Shown here one piece after another: positions 1 to 8,415 of a stretch of 64,000 bases of DNA. Both the position numbers and the translations under genes were made by a program. The notes beneath the pieces were generated by a model. It ran no database searches, had not been told where the DNA came from, and saw nothing but the letters and a program-made list of their open reading frames with translations. The stretch comes from Candidatus Kapaibacterium sp. (lineage in GTDB: Bacteria > Bacteroidota > Ignavibacteria > Kapaibacteriales > NICIL-2): contig BPHK01000001.1 in the NCBI GenBank assembly GCA_026003495.1, positions 1,705,703 through 1,769,702 of the forward strand, in the 5' to 3' direction. Every line of letters starts with the position of its first letter. Within the stretch, counting starts at the first letter, position 1.

Positions 1-402
1 GGCGACCTCATCAGTCCGCGCAAGTACGCCTTCCAACAAGCGTGAGCTGAGAAGTTCTCCATAGGCGGCCATTTCGTCGAGCATTCTCGGGGTGCATTCG
101 CCGAGCAGAGCAATGCCGGTCGCAAAATTGTGGAGCTTTTCCAGTAGTGCCTCCCCATGGCGCCACGGGAGCAAACCCAGCTCATCGGCAACACGGCGAT
201 GCTGCTCTGCAATCGAACGCCATGTTCCTTCCCACGGTTTGCCAGAGGCTGCATCGGTAGCGATCGAAAGCAACGCATCGGTCACACCGCGAAAGGCTGA
301 GACAACAACTACCACCCGTTGCTGGCGAGCAACGTGGCGAACAATCGGCACAATCTGCCGGAGCTGGTTGCTTCCGGCAACAGATGTGCCGCCGAATTTC
401 AT
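1..402 (-). CDS. aspartate kinase, N-terminal part (gene runs off the left edge of the window)
   Basis: Absent from the ORF track because it has no stop inside the window. My reverse-complement translation from ATG 402..400 gives MKFGGTSVAGSNQLRQIVPIVRHVARQQRVVVVVSAFRGVTDALLSIA..., matching the KFGGTS and VVVSA-x-GxTD signatures of aspartokinases. The track ORFs 92..463(+) and 182..622(-) are shadows of it. Confidence 0.8.
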   Translation of the reverse strand, partial: MKFGGTSVAGSNQLRQIVPIVRHVARQQRVVVVVSAFRGVTDALLSIATDAASGKPWEGTWRSIAEQHRRVADELGLLPWRHGEALLEKLHNFATGIALLGECTPRMLDEMAAYGELLSSRLLEGVLARTDEVA

Positions 403-444
403 CACTCGCACATCCACAAGCTCGTTGCTGGAGAAACGTGTGGG

Positions 445-452
445 CGAAAATA
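445..452 (-). promoter_or_regulatory. putative FCB-type -7 promoter box (TATTTTCG) for aspartate kinase
   Basis: The minus strand reads GGTATTTTCGC, with 42 nt between the box and ATG 402. The coaD, SDR and rplM boxes show the same geometry. It is a one-base variant (TTCG) of TAnnTTTG. Confidence 0.25.
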
Positions 453-512
453 CCGTTGCTTGATGTTACATAGTATTTTGGCGCACTCTGATGAAAGTAC
501 ACCATAGCATGC

Positions 513-1493
513 ATGGCAGGAACCGAACCTCTCTGGATGTGGCTGCTGTTCAGCGCCGCGATTGTGTTCTTTCTCTGGTTAGACTTAGCGCTCTTCAATC
601 GCCGACCGCATGCAATCAGCATCCGCGAGTCGCTCTTCTGGACGGGAATTTGGACTGTCTTAGCGCTCTGTTTTTCGCTCTTTCTTTACGGCTACTATGA
701 CTTTTCAAAACTTGGCGGGGAAAAGGCATTAGCTTTCCTTGCGGGCTTCCTCATCGAAAAGTCGCTCAGCGTGGATAATCTCTTTGTCATCCTCCTCATC
801 TTTCAGTACTTCCGCGTCGAGCCGCGGTATCAACATCGCGTCCTCTTCTGGGGAATCTTCGGCGCGTTGGCAATGCGGTTCATCCTCATTCTGTTGGGGG
901 TGCACCTTATCACACGGTTTCACGTGCTCGTGTACGTTCTGGGTGGGTTCCTTGTGATAACTGCACTCCGTATTGGCTTCGGGGGAGAGCATGAGATCCA
1001 CCCCGACCGCAACATCTTCGTGCGGCTGTTTCGCCGCTTCTTTCCAGTGACGAGCGACTACCATGGGCACCACTTCTTCATTCGTGATGGCATACGCTGG
1101 GCGGCAACCCCAATGTTCGTTGTACTACTCGTCATCGAGGCAACTGATTTGGTATTTGCCGTTGATTCCATCCCAGCAATCCTTGCAATTTCGAACGACC
1201 CATTCGTGGTGTTCACATCGAACGCATTCGCTGTGCTTGGGCTACGATCGCTCTACTTTGCGCTCTCTGGGATCATGCAGCTGTTTGTGTACCTCCGGTA
1301 TGGGTTGGCGGTGATTCTTGCGTTCATCGGCCTCAAGATGCTCGCAAGTGATGTTGTACACATTTCAACAGGTTTTTCCCTGTCGGTCGTCGCAACAATT
1401 TTAGGGGTAACCATTGGCGCATCAATCCTCAAGTCACGACGAGAGGGAGTTGCCTACCACAGCGAACACACACGCCCCCCTGTTAGCGAATGA
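513..1493 (+). CDS. TerC family integral membrane protein
   Basis: 326-aa ORF with multiple hydrophobic helices and TerC-like motifs (LFLWLDLALF, EKSLSVDNLFVI, EATDLVFAVDSIPA). ATG at 513. Confidence 0.85.
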   Translation: MAGTEPLWMWLLFSAAIVFFLWLDLALFNRRPHAISIRESLFWTGIWTVLALCFSLFLYGYYDFSKLGGEKALAFLAGFLIEKSLSVDNLFVILLIFQYFRVEPRYQHRVLFWGIFGALAMRFILILLGVHLITRFHVLVYVLGGFLVITALRIGFGGEHEIHPDRNIFVRLFRRFFPVTSDYHGHHFFIRDGIRWAATPMFVVLLVIEATDLVFAVDSIPAILAISNDPFVVFTSNAFAVLGLRSLYFALSGIMQLFVYLRYGLAVILAFIGLKMLASDVVHISTGFSLSVVATILGVTIGASILKSRREGVAYHSEHTRPPVSE

Positions 1494-1745
1494 GGCTTTC
1501 GAACGGACGAAGGAACGTTTCGAACACATACGCAGCAATAGGGCGTTCCTCGACCACAACGGCCAGCGTTCGACATCTGTTACGTATAACGCAGAACCGT
1601 ATAGGTGTACAATGGACGTACAAACAGGAACGTCCGGAATTGGTTTGAGCAGCACGTTTCAAGCGATTGATCCTCGTAATTCCCCCTCTCAAGCACTATC
1701 TTCGCACATCGCAAGTGGTAATCGCATATTTTGGGAGGTGAAACA

Positions 1746-2096
1746 ATGGAAAGGAGCACGCTACCGTTCGATGCCTTGCTCGTAGCATGCCGGGAGCTTC
1801 TTCCGCGCCTTCAATCCCGCTTTGCGGCATATCAGGCGGATAATTTCCCCGAGCGTGTGCCAGAATTTTTCTGTCTTGAACTCTGTGGTGAGGCGGGTGA
1901 ACTAGCCAATCTCGAAAAAAAGCGCTGGAAAGGGATCGAGATCCCTGTCGACAAGCTTGCCGACGAGGCTGCCGACGTCCTCATAGCACTGGTCAACTAC
2001 GCCAATGCATGCAATATTGACCTTGCGTCTGCAGTGACAGCAAAACTTGGCACCATCGAAAAGACACGGCAGGAATCACAGGGGCGGAGCTTCTAA
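1746..2096 (+). CDS. MazG-like nucleoside triphosphate pyrophosphohydrolase (small, single domain)
   Basis: Contains LCGEAGELANLEKK...ADEAADVLIALVNYA, the E-x-x-E...E-x-x-D helical motif pair of the MazG/all-alpha NTP-PPase fold. Start chosen at ATG 1746 because GGGAGGTG lies 5 nt upstream; the track start 1731 is a TTG. Confidence 0.7.
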   Translation: MERSTLPFDALLVACRELLPRLQSRFAAYQADNFPERVPEFFCLELCGEAGELANLEKKRWKGIEIPVDKLADEAADVLIALVNYANACNIDLASAVTAKLGTIEKTRQESQGRSF

Positions 2097-2380
2097 AACA
2101 ATGCGTCGCTTGTGCAAACTCATAAGCGCCGCCGGTGTGTGTGTTACCATGAGAACGGACTACACACTACTGTCGAGCTGGAGCGTGCCCGCGTACTCTG
2201 TGCGCAGTCGAATCGCCCACTCGAGCATCGTCTGCGCCTTGACGACGTTACCAATCCCCTTGAAGCACAGTGCTGCTCCGTAGCAAGCGTCAGGATTGTT
2301 CGGGTTCAGCTCCTTGTTGGACGCAATTGTTGAACATCTCTGCTGTGAGTTTCCGCAACAACAATGCCAACTGCCTGCCA

Positions 2381-3337
2381 ATGCCGAACGTGTACCCAAA
2401 ACCATGCAGAAAGCCTTCCCGACTCCGTCGCGGCGGAACCATTGCTGTTACCGCTCCTGCCTCGCCGATCAGAGATCGCGAAAAACTCGCTCGAGGTCTT
2501 GCCTACCTGGAATCTTGTGGCTATCGGCTGGTACTCGGTGAAAGCGTGCATGCCGCCGATGGTTACTTAGCCGGTACTGACATAGCGCGTGCCGATGAAC
2601 TCAACCGCTTTTTTGCCGACCCAGACATCGAGGCTATCTTCTGTGCGCGCGGCGGCTACGGAACAATGCGACTACTCGACCTGCTCGATTGGGACACCAT
2701 CGCCGGCAATCCCAAAATTTTCGTGGGGTTTTCGGACATCACCGCCCTGCAGTGGGCGCTCTACGTGCGCGCTGGTATTCCAAGCATCAGCGGTCCAATG
2801 GTCGGGGTGGACTTTGCCGATCCAGATCCCGAGCAGCTTTTCCTCTTCTGGTCGCTCCTGGCTGAGCCACTGCCCGAACGCACCCTCTGGCATGGCAAGC
2901 GAAACGATCAACTCTCGCCAGGCTGTGCCGAAGGTATGCTCTTTGCCGGAACGTTGACCCTTGCCGCAGCACTCTGTGGGACCGCGTTTCGACCTTCCGC
3001 GGAGAGCGCATTTGTTCTCCTGCTCGAAGACATCGGCGAAGAGCCGTATCGAATTGATCGGATGCTCTGCCAACTTCTGCTCACCGACGTCCTCCCGCGT
3101 GCAGCAGGTCTCGCATTTGGCGAGTTCACCGAAGATACCACGCGAGCGACACCGACACCGAAACAACCACTGGAGACAATCTTTGCCGAATACGTCGCGA
3201 AAGCAGGAAATCCTCCGGCGGTCATGAACGTTCCTTACGGTCACATTCGGGGGAAAATCAGCGTCCCTGTTGGTCTGCGCGTGCGGCTCGATGCAGATCG
3301 CCAGCAGCTTCTCCTGCTGGAGTCGTTTGTCGAGTAA
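2381..3337 (+). CDS. ldcA: LD-carboxypeptidase (peptidase S66, muramoyltetrapeptide carboxypeptidase-like)
   Basis: GTIAVTAPASP...GYLAGTDIARADELNRFFADPDIEAIFCARGGYGTMRLLDLLD...GFSDITAL matches S66 family signatures, including the nucleophile Ser in GFSD. Internal ATG 2381 chosen over the long GTG 2270 start. Confidence 0.85.
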   Translation: MPNVYPKPCRKPSRLRRGGTIAVTAPASPIRDREKLARGLAYLESCGYRLVLGESVHAADGYLAGTDIARADELNRFFADPDIEAIFCARGGYGTMRLLDLLDWDTIAGNPKIFVGFSDITALQWALYVRAGIPSISGPMVGVDFADPDPEQLFLFWSLLAEPLPERTLWHGKRNDQLSPGCAEGMLFAGTLTLAAALCGTAFRPSAESAFVLLLEDIGEEPYRIDRMLCQLLLTDVLPRAAGLAFGEFTEDTTRATPTPKQPLETIFAEYVAKAGNPPAVMNVPYGHIRGKISVPVGLRVRLDADRQQLLLLESFVE

Positions 3338-3953
3338 GCCACTGCGAGTACAGCTCCAGCAGCTCTGCCAGAATCATCGCAGTTGCACCCCAGAGCGGAA
3401 CTGTCGGATGGATGCGCCAGTGCGGAACGATCATCCGTCCGTAGGGCAACTCCCACTCTTGTTCGACTGCGGTCCCGAGCAGGTCGTCCAATCGCATCCA
3501 GAATGCTTCCTCCACTTCCTGAGGATCAAGCGAAAGTTCAACCGGAGCAGTGCACCACATCACAACCGGAGTAATCGCGGAGTTCGATGGCGGCGTATAA
3601 AGCGGCGTGAGCCTGCCGAGCACCTCCACGCATTGAGCCGGCAGACCAACTTCCTCGCTGAGTTCGCGGAGTGCTGCATCTGGAGGCGTTTCGCCGCGTT
3701 CAATCTTCCCGCCGGGAAAACTGAGTTGACCGCGATGGTGCCGAAGCATCGCACTACGCAGTGTGAGTAACACCGCAGGGTGACCCTGCTCCTGCCGGAG
3801 AACGACAGCCACAGCGCTCTGCCGCGGCTCGGAGGGTGGCGACAAGCGACGCAGCCGACCATCGGGATAGCGCGGCATCATCGTCTCCTGTGCCGCAGGA
3901 CCTGGGAGCGCCTGCGCAAGCGCATAACGGAAAAAGACAGCCGGATCATCCAT
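3258..3953 (-). CDS. Nudix hydrolase, CoA pyrophosphatase type
   Basis: Nudix box GGKIERGETPPDAALRELSEEVGL is preceded by LLTLRSAMLRHHRGQLSFPGG, the LLTxR[SA]x3Rx3Gx3FPGG motif characteristic of CoA-specific Nudix enzymes. Start at ATG 3953, overlapping the coaD stop by 8 nt (ATGGATGA). Confidence 0.8.
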   Translation of the reverse strand: MDDPAVFFRYALAQALPGPAAQETMMPRYPDGRLRRLSPPSEPRQSAVAVVLRQEQGHPAVLLTLRSAMLRHHRGQLSFPGGKIERGETPPDAALRELSEEVGLPAQCVEVLGRLTPLYTPPSNSAITPVVMWCTAPVELSLDPQEVEEAFWMRLDDLLGTAVEQEWELPYGRMIVPHWRIHPTVPLWGATAMILAELLELYSQWLTRQTTPAGEAAGDLHRAARADQQGR

Positions 3954-4440
3954 CGCGGTGCGATGCAAATTTCTGACGGAGCGCTCGAGCAACCGGCGGC
4001 GGCACAAAGTCCTCAGAAACAACCCCAAAGCGCGCCAACTCGCGCACGATGCTGGAATTGAGGAACGTGTAGCGTTCGTGCGGCATCATGAAGATTGTCG
4101 TCACCGATGGCTCGAGTTTCCGATTCATGAGCGCCATTTGGAACTCATACTCGAAATCCGAAACTGCACGCACTCCGCGAATGATTGTGGTAACGTTGTG
4201 CTGGCGAGCGTACTCGACCGTTAGCCCGTGGAAAAGCTCGACGGCAACGTTCGGAAGATGCTCGAGCGACTGGCGAGCAAGCTCGAGCCGTTCGTGCTCG
4301 CTAAGGAGCGGCACCTTCTGCGTGTTGACGGCGATGACAACCGTCACACGGTCGAACATACCGGCAGCACGTTCGATCACGTCAACGTGGCCGTTGGTGA
4401 TGGGATCGAACGAGCCAGGATAGATTGCGTGCGTCGCCAC
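3946..4440 (-). CDS. coaD: phosphopantetheine adenylyltransferase
   Basis: MATHAIYPGSFDPITNGHVDVIERAA...IRGVRAVSDFEYEFQMALMNRKL is the canonical CoaD sequence, including the T/HxGH motif. Confidence 0.95.
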   Translation of the reverse strand: MATHAIYPGSFDPITNGHVDVIERAAGMFDRVTVVIAVNTQKVPLLSEHERLELARQSLEHLPNVAVELFHGLTVEYARQHNVTTIIRGVRAVSDFEYEFQMALMNRKLEPSVTTIFMMPHERYTFLNSSIVRELARFGVVSEDFVPPPVARALRQKFASHRDG

Positions 4441-4481
4441 TGCGTTGTGCCGATGGTCAAATTGCTACTTGTACGTGCTCG

Positions 4482-4489
4482 CAAAGATA
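4482..4489 (-). promoter_or_regulatory. putative FCB-type -7 promoter box (TATCTTTG) for coaD
   Basis: Exact TAnnTTTG on the minus strand, 41 nt upstream of the coaD ATG at 4440, in the divergent coaD/SDR spacer. Confidence 0.35.
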
Positions 4490-4551
4490 GATGCGTATCA
4501 CCATTGCTGATCCACGCCTGCAGACGCAAGTGTAGAATGCTCATCGCAGCG

Positions 4552-4559
4552 TAGTTTTG
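4552..4559 (+). promoter_or_regulatory. putative FCB-type -7 promoter box (TAGTTTTG) for the SDR gene
   Basis: Exact TAnnTTTG on the plus strand, 41 nt upstream of ATG 4601. It mirrors the coaD box in the same spacer. Confidence 0.35.
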
Positions 4560-4600
4560 AACCGTTGCGGTCTTCAATCATTCGCTACAAATTGCCCGCT

Positions 4601-5308
4601 ATGAGCAATGAAACCTCTAAGCTCGCGATCGTCACCGGTGCAAGTCGTGGAATAGGTCGCGCCATCAGCATCGCACTGGCAGAACATGGCTACCGTGTTG
4701 CAATGGTTGCACGATCGAACGATTTGCTCGACCAGCTCCACCATCAACTCGCCGAGCGCGGCTTGGCAACCCTACCTATCGTTGCCGACATCACCGACGA
4801 TAGCGCAGCTGAGCGCATCGTTACCTCGGCGCTCGATTGGGCTGGCCGCATTGATGTGCTCGTCAACAATGCCGGCATTGGCATCTTCAAACCCGCCATC
4901 GAACTGACTGCGGAAGAGTTCGACGCGATGTGGCGGCTCAACGTTCGTGCGCCGATGGTGCTCACTCGCGCCGTGCTCCCCCAGATGATCGCAGCACAGC
5001 ATGGTGCGATTGTCAACATTGCTTCGCTTGCTGGGAAGAACAGCTTCGCCGGCGGAACAGGCTATGCTGCGACAAAATGGGCACTCCGCGGATGGGCAAG
5101 TTCCCTCATGCTCGAAGTTCGACAGCACAATATCCGCGTCATCACGATTTGCCCTGGATCAGTGGATACAGGCTTTTCCTCGATCAATAAACGCGGCGAC
5201 CACATCACGCAGCCAGAAGATGTCGCAGCAGCCGTGGTCTTTGCGCTCTCGGCACCGGAACGCACGATGGTCAGCGAGATTGACCTCCGCCCAACCCGGC
5301 CGTCGTAG
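4601..5308 (+). CDS. short-chain dehydrogenase/reductase (SDR) family oxidoreductase
   Basis: TGASRGIGRAI Rossmann motif, NNAG, and a YAATKWAL catalytic YxxxK motif. Confidence 0.85.
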   Translation: MSNETSKLAIVTGASRGIGRAISIALAEHGYRVAMVARSNDLLDQLHHQLAERGLATLPIVADITDDSAAERIVTSALDWAGRIDVLVNNAGIGIFKPAIELTAEEFDAMWRLNVRAPMVLTRAVLPQMIAAQHGAIVNIASLAGKNSFAGGTGYAATKWALRGWASSLMLEVRQHNIRVITICPGSVDTGFSSINKRGDHITQPEDVAAAVVFALSAPERTMVSEIDLRPTRPS

Positions 5309-6305
5309 CCTCCAGCGAAGCGATTGCTCTGAGCACATCGTTTGGTGTCACGTACTGCATGCAACCAAAATGCCCTCGTGGGCACGCCGAACGCCCAATG
5401 TGCGTGCATGGACGGCAGGAAAGTTCCACCTGAACTGCTCGATAGGGGACGCGATACGGCGTAAACCCAAGCGCTGGTACCGTTGAACCATAGACGACAA
5501 CGACTGGCACTCGCCGCGCTGCGGCAAGATGCACCGCTGCACTATCGTTGCTCAGCACGAGCGTACACTGATCGAGCAATCGCGCTGTCTCCTCGAGCGA
5601 ACTGCCCGCCGCGTTGAGCGTCCTGCTGCGGTCCAGACCTGCGACGACCGTCTCGCACAGGTCGCGCTCTGACTTGCTTCCGAGCGCGATGACCCGCCAT
5701 CCCTGGCGTTGCAGTGTCAGCGCAACGGCTGCAAAGCCGCTCGGCAACCATCGTTTCGTGTTGTGCCGGGCTCCCGGAGCAATGCCGATAGTCGGATCCG
5801 CCGGCGGCTGTCGGTTGACGGGTGGATACACCGCGTGCGAGCGCTCTTCGGGCAGCCATAGCTCTACCTCGCCTCCATCGTCGGCGATGCCGAGCGGCTC
5901 GAGTGCCCCGAGATACCGCTCGACGACGTGCGGCATCGGACGGAACGTTCGTTTTGCCTTGACCACGAGGAGCTTTTGGAGCCGATACTTCGGAGAGCGC
6001 AGCACGCGGCGAGCACGGCCCCACCTGAGCGCAGAGCTACGAATGTTCCGCTGAAGGTCAACGATCACATCATACTGCGTAGCCATCGCCGCCCGCGCAG
6101 TGCGTGCCATCCTCCATGCATCGAGCGAGCGATCAACGGCGATAATGCGGCTTACGTAGGGGTTGTGCTCCCAAACTGCAGCGAAGTCCTGCGCGACGGC
6201 AACGTCAATCTGCGCAGCGGGGAACGCACCGCGAAGCAACCGCACAACAGGTGTTGCAAGGAGTACATCGCCAAGCGAGCTGAGCCGGATCACCAGAATT
6301 CGCAT
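5271..6305 (-). CDS. glycosyltransferase family 9 (LPS heptosyltransferase-like)
   Basis: N-terminus MRILVIRLSSLGDVLLATPVVRLLRGAFPAAQIDV is the typical GT9 start. Its 3' end overlaps the convergent SDR gene by 38 nt. Confidence 0.8.
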   Translation of the reverse strand: MRILVIRLSSLGDVLLATPVVRLLRGAFPAAQIDVAVAQDFAAVWEHNPYVSRIIAVDRSLDAWRMARTARAAMATQYDVIVDLQRNIRSSALRWGRARRVLRSPKYRLQKLLVVKAKRTFRPMPHVVERYLGALEPLGIADDGGEVELWLPEERSHAVYPPVNRQPPADPTIGIAPGARHNTKRWLPSGFAAVALTLQRQGWRVIALGSKSERDLCETVVAGLDRSRTLNAAGSSLEETARLLDQCTLVLSNDSAAVHLAAARRVPVVVVYGSTVPALGFTPYRVPYRAVQVELSCRPCTHIGRSACPRGHFGCMQYVTPNDVLRAIASLEATTAGLGGGQSR

Positions 6306-6423
6306 CGGCAGTGCTGGTAGTGTGAGCGCTCGAAGTTACCACGTTGCGCGACTGCCTGGCCAGCTCACCACTGAACGGCCAGCCATCAGAGGCGTTCTTG
6401 CACACCAATAGCGACAGCCTCCT

Positions 6424-8100
6424 CTACTCCATCACCACTACCATCCGCCGCAGAATCCGGCCACCACCGCCTTCTGCCTGCAAAACATAGACTCCCGTGC
6501 CCACCGAAAGGGGCAACTGGACCACCCCACCACCGTTCACCAGCGTAGAGACTGCCTCAACTCGACCACTAACACTGTACAACACCAGACGTACCTCACC
6601 TCGATCAAATCCCTCCGGCAATCTCACCTCCACCTCCTGGCCTCGACACACCGGATGAGGAGAAAGCTCCATCGTCCCAACCCCAACTTTCCCCGCGACC
6701 GATAACGCCGTATCCACCGCCACGTCAATCCCCGTTGTATCCGACGGGCGCATCCCAAACTTCATCAACGCAAGCACTGTGTCGTAGGTCGCCAACACGT
6801 AAAAACTACTGTCCGCGTAATGCTCCTCAACATCTACCATCGCGTAATTGTACTTATCGGTCCACTGATTCTGAACCTCGATGCGATAATAACCAGTGAC
6901 CCTCCCCCGACCATTGAGACGGGCAACAAACGAGAGCCCCGACCTCCAGGAACGACCCAAAAGATACCAACCACCCCACCGCGACCGCTTGAGGCGATAG
7001 TACGTGTAGTCCTGCGCCAACGACCGTGCCCCTGCCAGCACCTGATTAACCGGATACTGCTCCCATTCCACCTTGCCGTTCTCCCACACCTTCGACAACA
7101 CAAACCGGTTCCCCCGCATGGCTGCATCAATCACATACCCATCCTCGACAAAGTACTCAAGCTCTCGGAGACTACCAGAGACTCTGACACCCACGAAATC
7201 AAGATCAGCTCTCGGCAAACGAATCGCTCGAATATCATCGAAATTCTCCCCACGGAATAGCACGATGACTCGCTCACTATCAGACGTCACTGACCGCGCA
7301 GCAATCCCCATCCGACTGGCACGGACTGCAAACGGCATCACCACCAATTGACACGTAGTATCCCGCCCCAGAGTATCCCGGATGCTCACGGCAAACGGCA
7401 GCGGGTAATTCCGCACCACCGCCTTGGTCGCTAAATCATCCGTGTACAGCACAAACCACCAACGCTTCCATGATGTATCCGACATCATGTAGCACACATT
7501 CCCATCAAAACTCTCCGCCTCGTACACATGACCATACCCACGCCATATAAATGGGTAACTTGAATAAGGATCGCTACCCTTTGGGGGATACACCCGACCG
7601 TACCACGTAGTATCTTTCACAATGCGCTTTACACCCAACATCGTGTCGAGCTCAAAAAACATCGGAATCGTGGGTATGCTTATTTTAATAGCGTCCATTA
7701 GTATTCCCCAAAAGCTAACGCCCCATAAACCAATACCTCCGGTGCGGAGTCTCCGCAACTGCGACGCATGCCATTTTTCACTCCACCCATCAAAAGGAAA
7801 AAAGTAATACAGCCCAGCGACTTGTGCACGGGCGGCTGTATCGTACAGCTCTGCGACAACCCCATAACTGAGCGGGTGAACAACCGCAAGACGCTCACTA
7901 CTCAGCCACGAAAGCTTCGAGGACCACACCCGCACCTGATTATTCCCACCGAAAGGCACGATTCGAATAGGAGAGGTATCCGGCACCAGACGGGTCGGCT
8001 TTCGTATCCATTCGAGCCAAATGTTGCCAACCATCGTGTCCCGGTGCACCTCCTGCGACCACGCACCAACACCAACAAGCAACAAGAGTAACGCGACCAT
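6424..8100 (-). CDS. secreted protein of unknown function with T9SS-type C-terminal sorting domain
   Basis: Signal peptide MVALLLLLVGVGAWSQE. The C-terminal ~80 aa (LSPHPVCRGQEVEVRL...VRLVLYSVSGRVEA...GVYVLQAEGGG) resembles the T9SS/Por CTD. Start at ATG 8100, preceded by GGAGGAGG; the track start is 8130. Confidence 0.65.
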   Translation of the reverse strand: MVALLLLLVGVGAWSQEVHRDTMVGNIWLEWIRKPTRLVPDTSPIRIVPFGGNNQVRVWSSKLSWLSSERLAVVHPLSYGVVAELYDTAARAQVAGLYYFFPFDGWSEKWHASQLRRLRTGGIGLWGVSFWGILMDAIKISIPTIPMFFELDTMLGVKRIVKDTTWYGRVYPPKGSDPYSSYPFIWRGYGHVYEAESFDGNVCYMMSDTSWKRWWFVLYTDDLATKAVVRNYPLPFAVSIRDTLGRDTTCQLVVMPFAVRASRMGIAARSVTSDSERVIVLFRGENFDDIRAIRLPRADLDFVGVRVSGSLRELEYFVEDGYVIDAAMRGNRFVLSKVWENGKVEWEQYPVNQVLAGARSLAQDYTYYRLKRSRWGGWYLLGRSWRSGLSFVARLNGRGRVTGYYRIEVQNQWTDKYNYAMVDVEEHYADSSFYVLATYDTVLALMKFGMRPSDTTGIDVAVDTALSVAGKVGVGTMELSPHPVCRGQEVEVRLPEGFDRGEVRLVLYSVSGRVEAVSTLVNGGGVVQLPLSVGTGVYVLQAEGGGGRILRRMVVVME

Positions 8101-8284
8101 CTCTATCCTCCTCCGATTATGGACACTCATATGCTCGACACCCCGAACGCCAAATGATCATGTACGGCGGAGGACAGTCCGGCATCACACTCACCTTCCC
8201 TGCCGGAATGAGTACTCACTCGGTTCATTGCACGCACCATGACCGTACCTCACCAATAAATGGAACATCACCACAGGTTCAACC

Positions 8285-8292
8285 CAAATCTA
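8285..8292 (-). promoter_or_regulatory. possible -7 box (TAGATTTG) for the T9SS cargo gene
   Basis: Exact TAnnTTTG on the minus strand in an AT-richer patch of the 285-nt spacer. It would imply an unusually long ~180-nt 5' UTR. Confidence 0.2.
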
Positions 8293-8415
8293 CGCAACAA
8301 ATCCCTACAAACCAAGAGAAAAATCTGACGAATGCTCCTGCAGCGACCACACCAGCTCACACCGTGTCACACTGTTGGTGTCCCGACGGACGCTGGATAT
8401 GTTCGCTGGTGCGCG

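Noticed and set aside
403-512. Possible yybP-ykoY (manganese) riboswitch upstream of terC, since TerC-family genes are frequent targets of it.
   Set aside because: The spacer is only about 110 nt and is shared with the divergent aspartate kinase promoter. I could not find the conserved purine-rich GGGGAGUAG-type core or the paired-helix architecture by eye. A covariance-model scan would be needed to exclude it formally.
92-622. ORFs 92..463(+), 182..622(-) and 319..507(+) at the left edge.
   Set aside because: The region is explained by the partial aspartate kinase gene on the minus strand (1..402) and the terC promoter region. These ORFs have no recognisable features.
2160-2405. 81-aa minus-strand ORF with one TPR-like stretch (NPNNPDACYGAALCFKGIGNVVKAQTMLEWAIRL) between the MazG-like gene and ldcA.
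   Set aside because: It has only a single repeat-like segment. Its N-terminal 35 aa look non-protein-like (Cys/Ser/Gln-rich), there is no RBS, and its start overlaps ldcA. It may be a remnant of a TPR gene, but I cannot support it as a feature.
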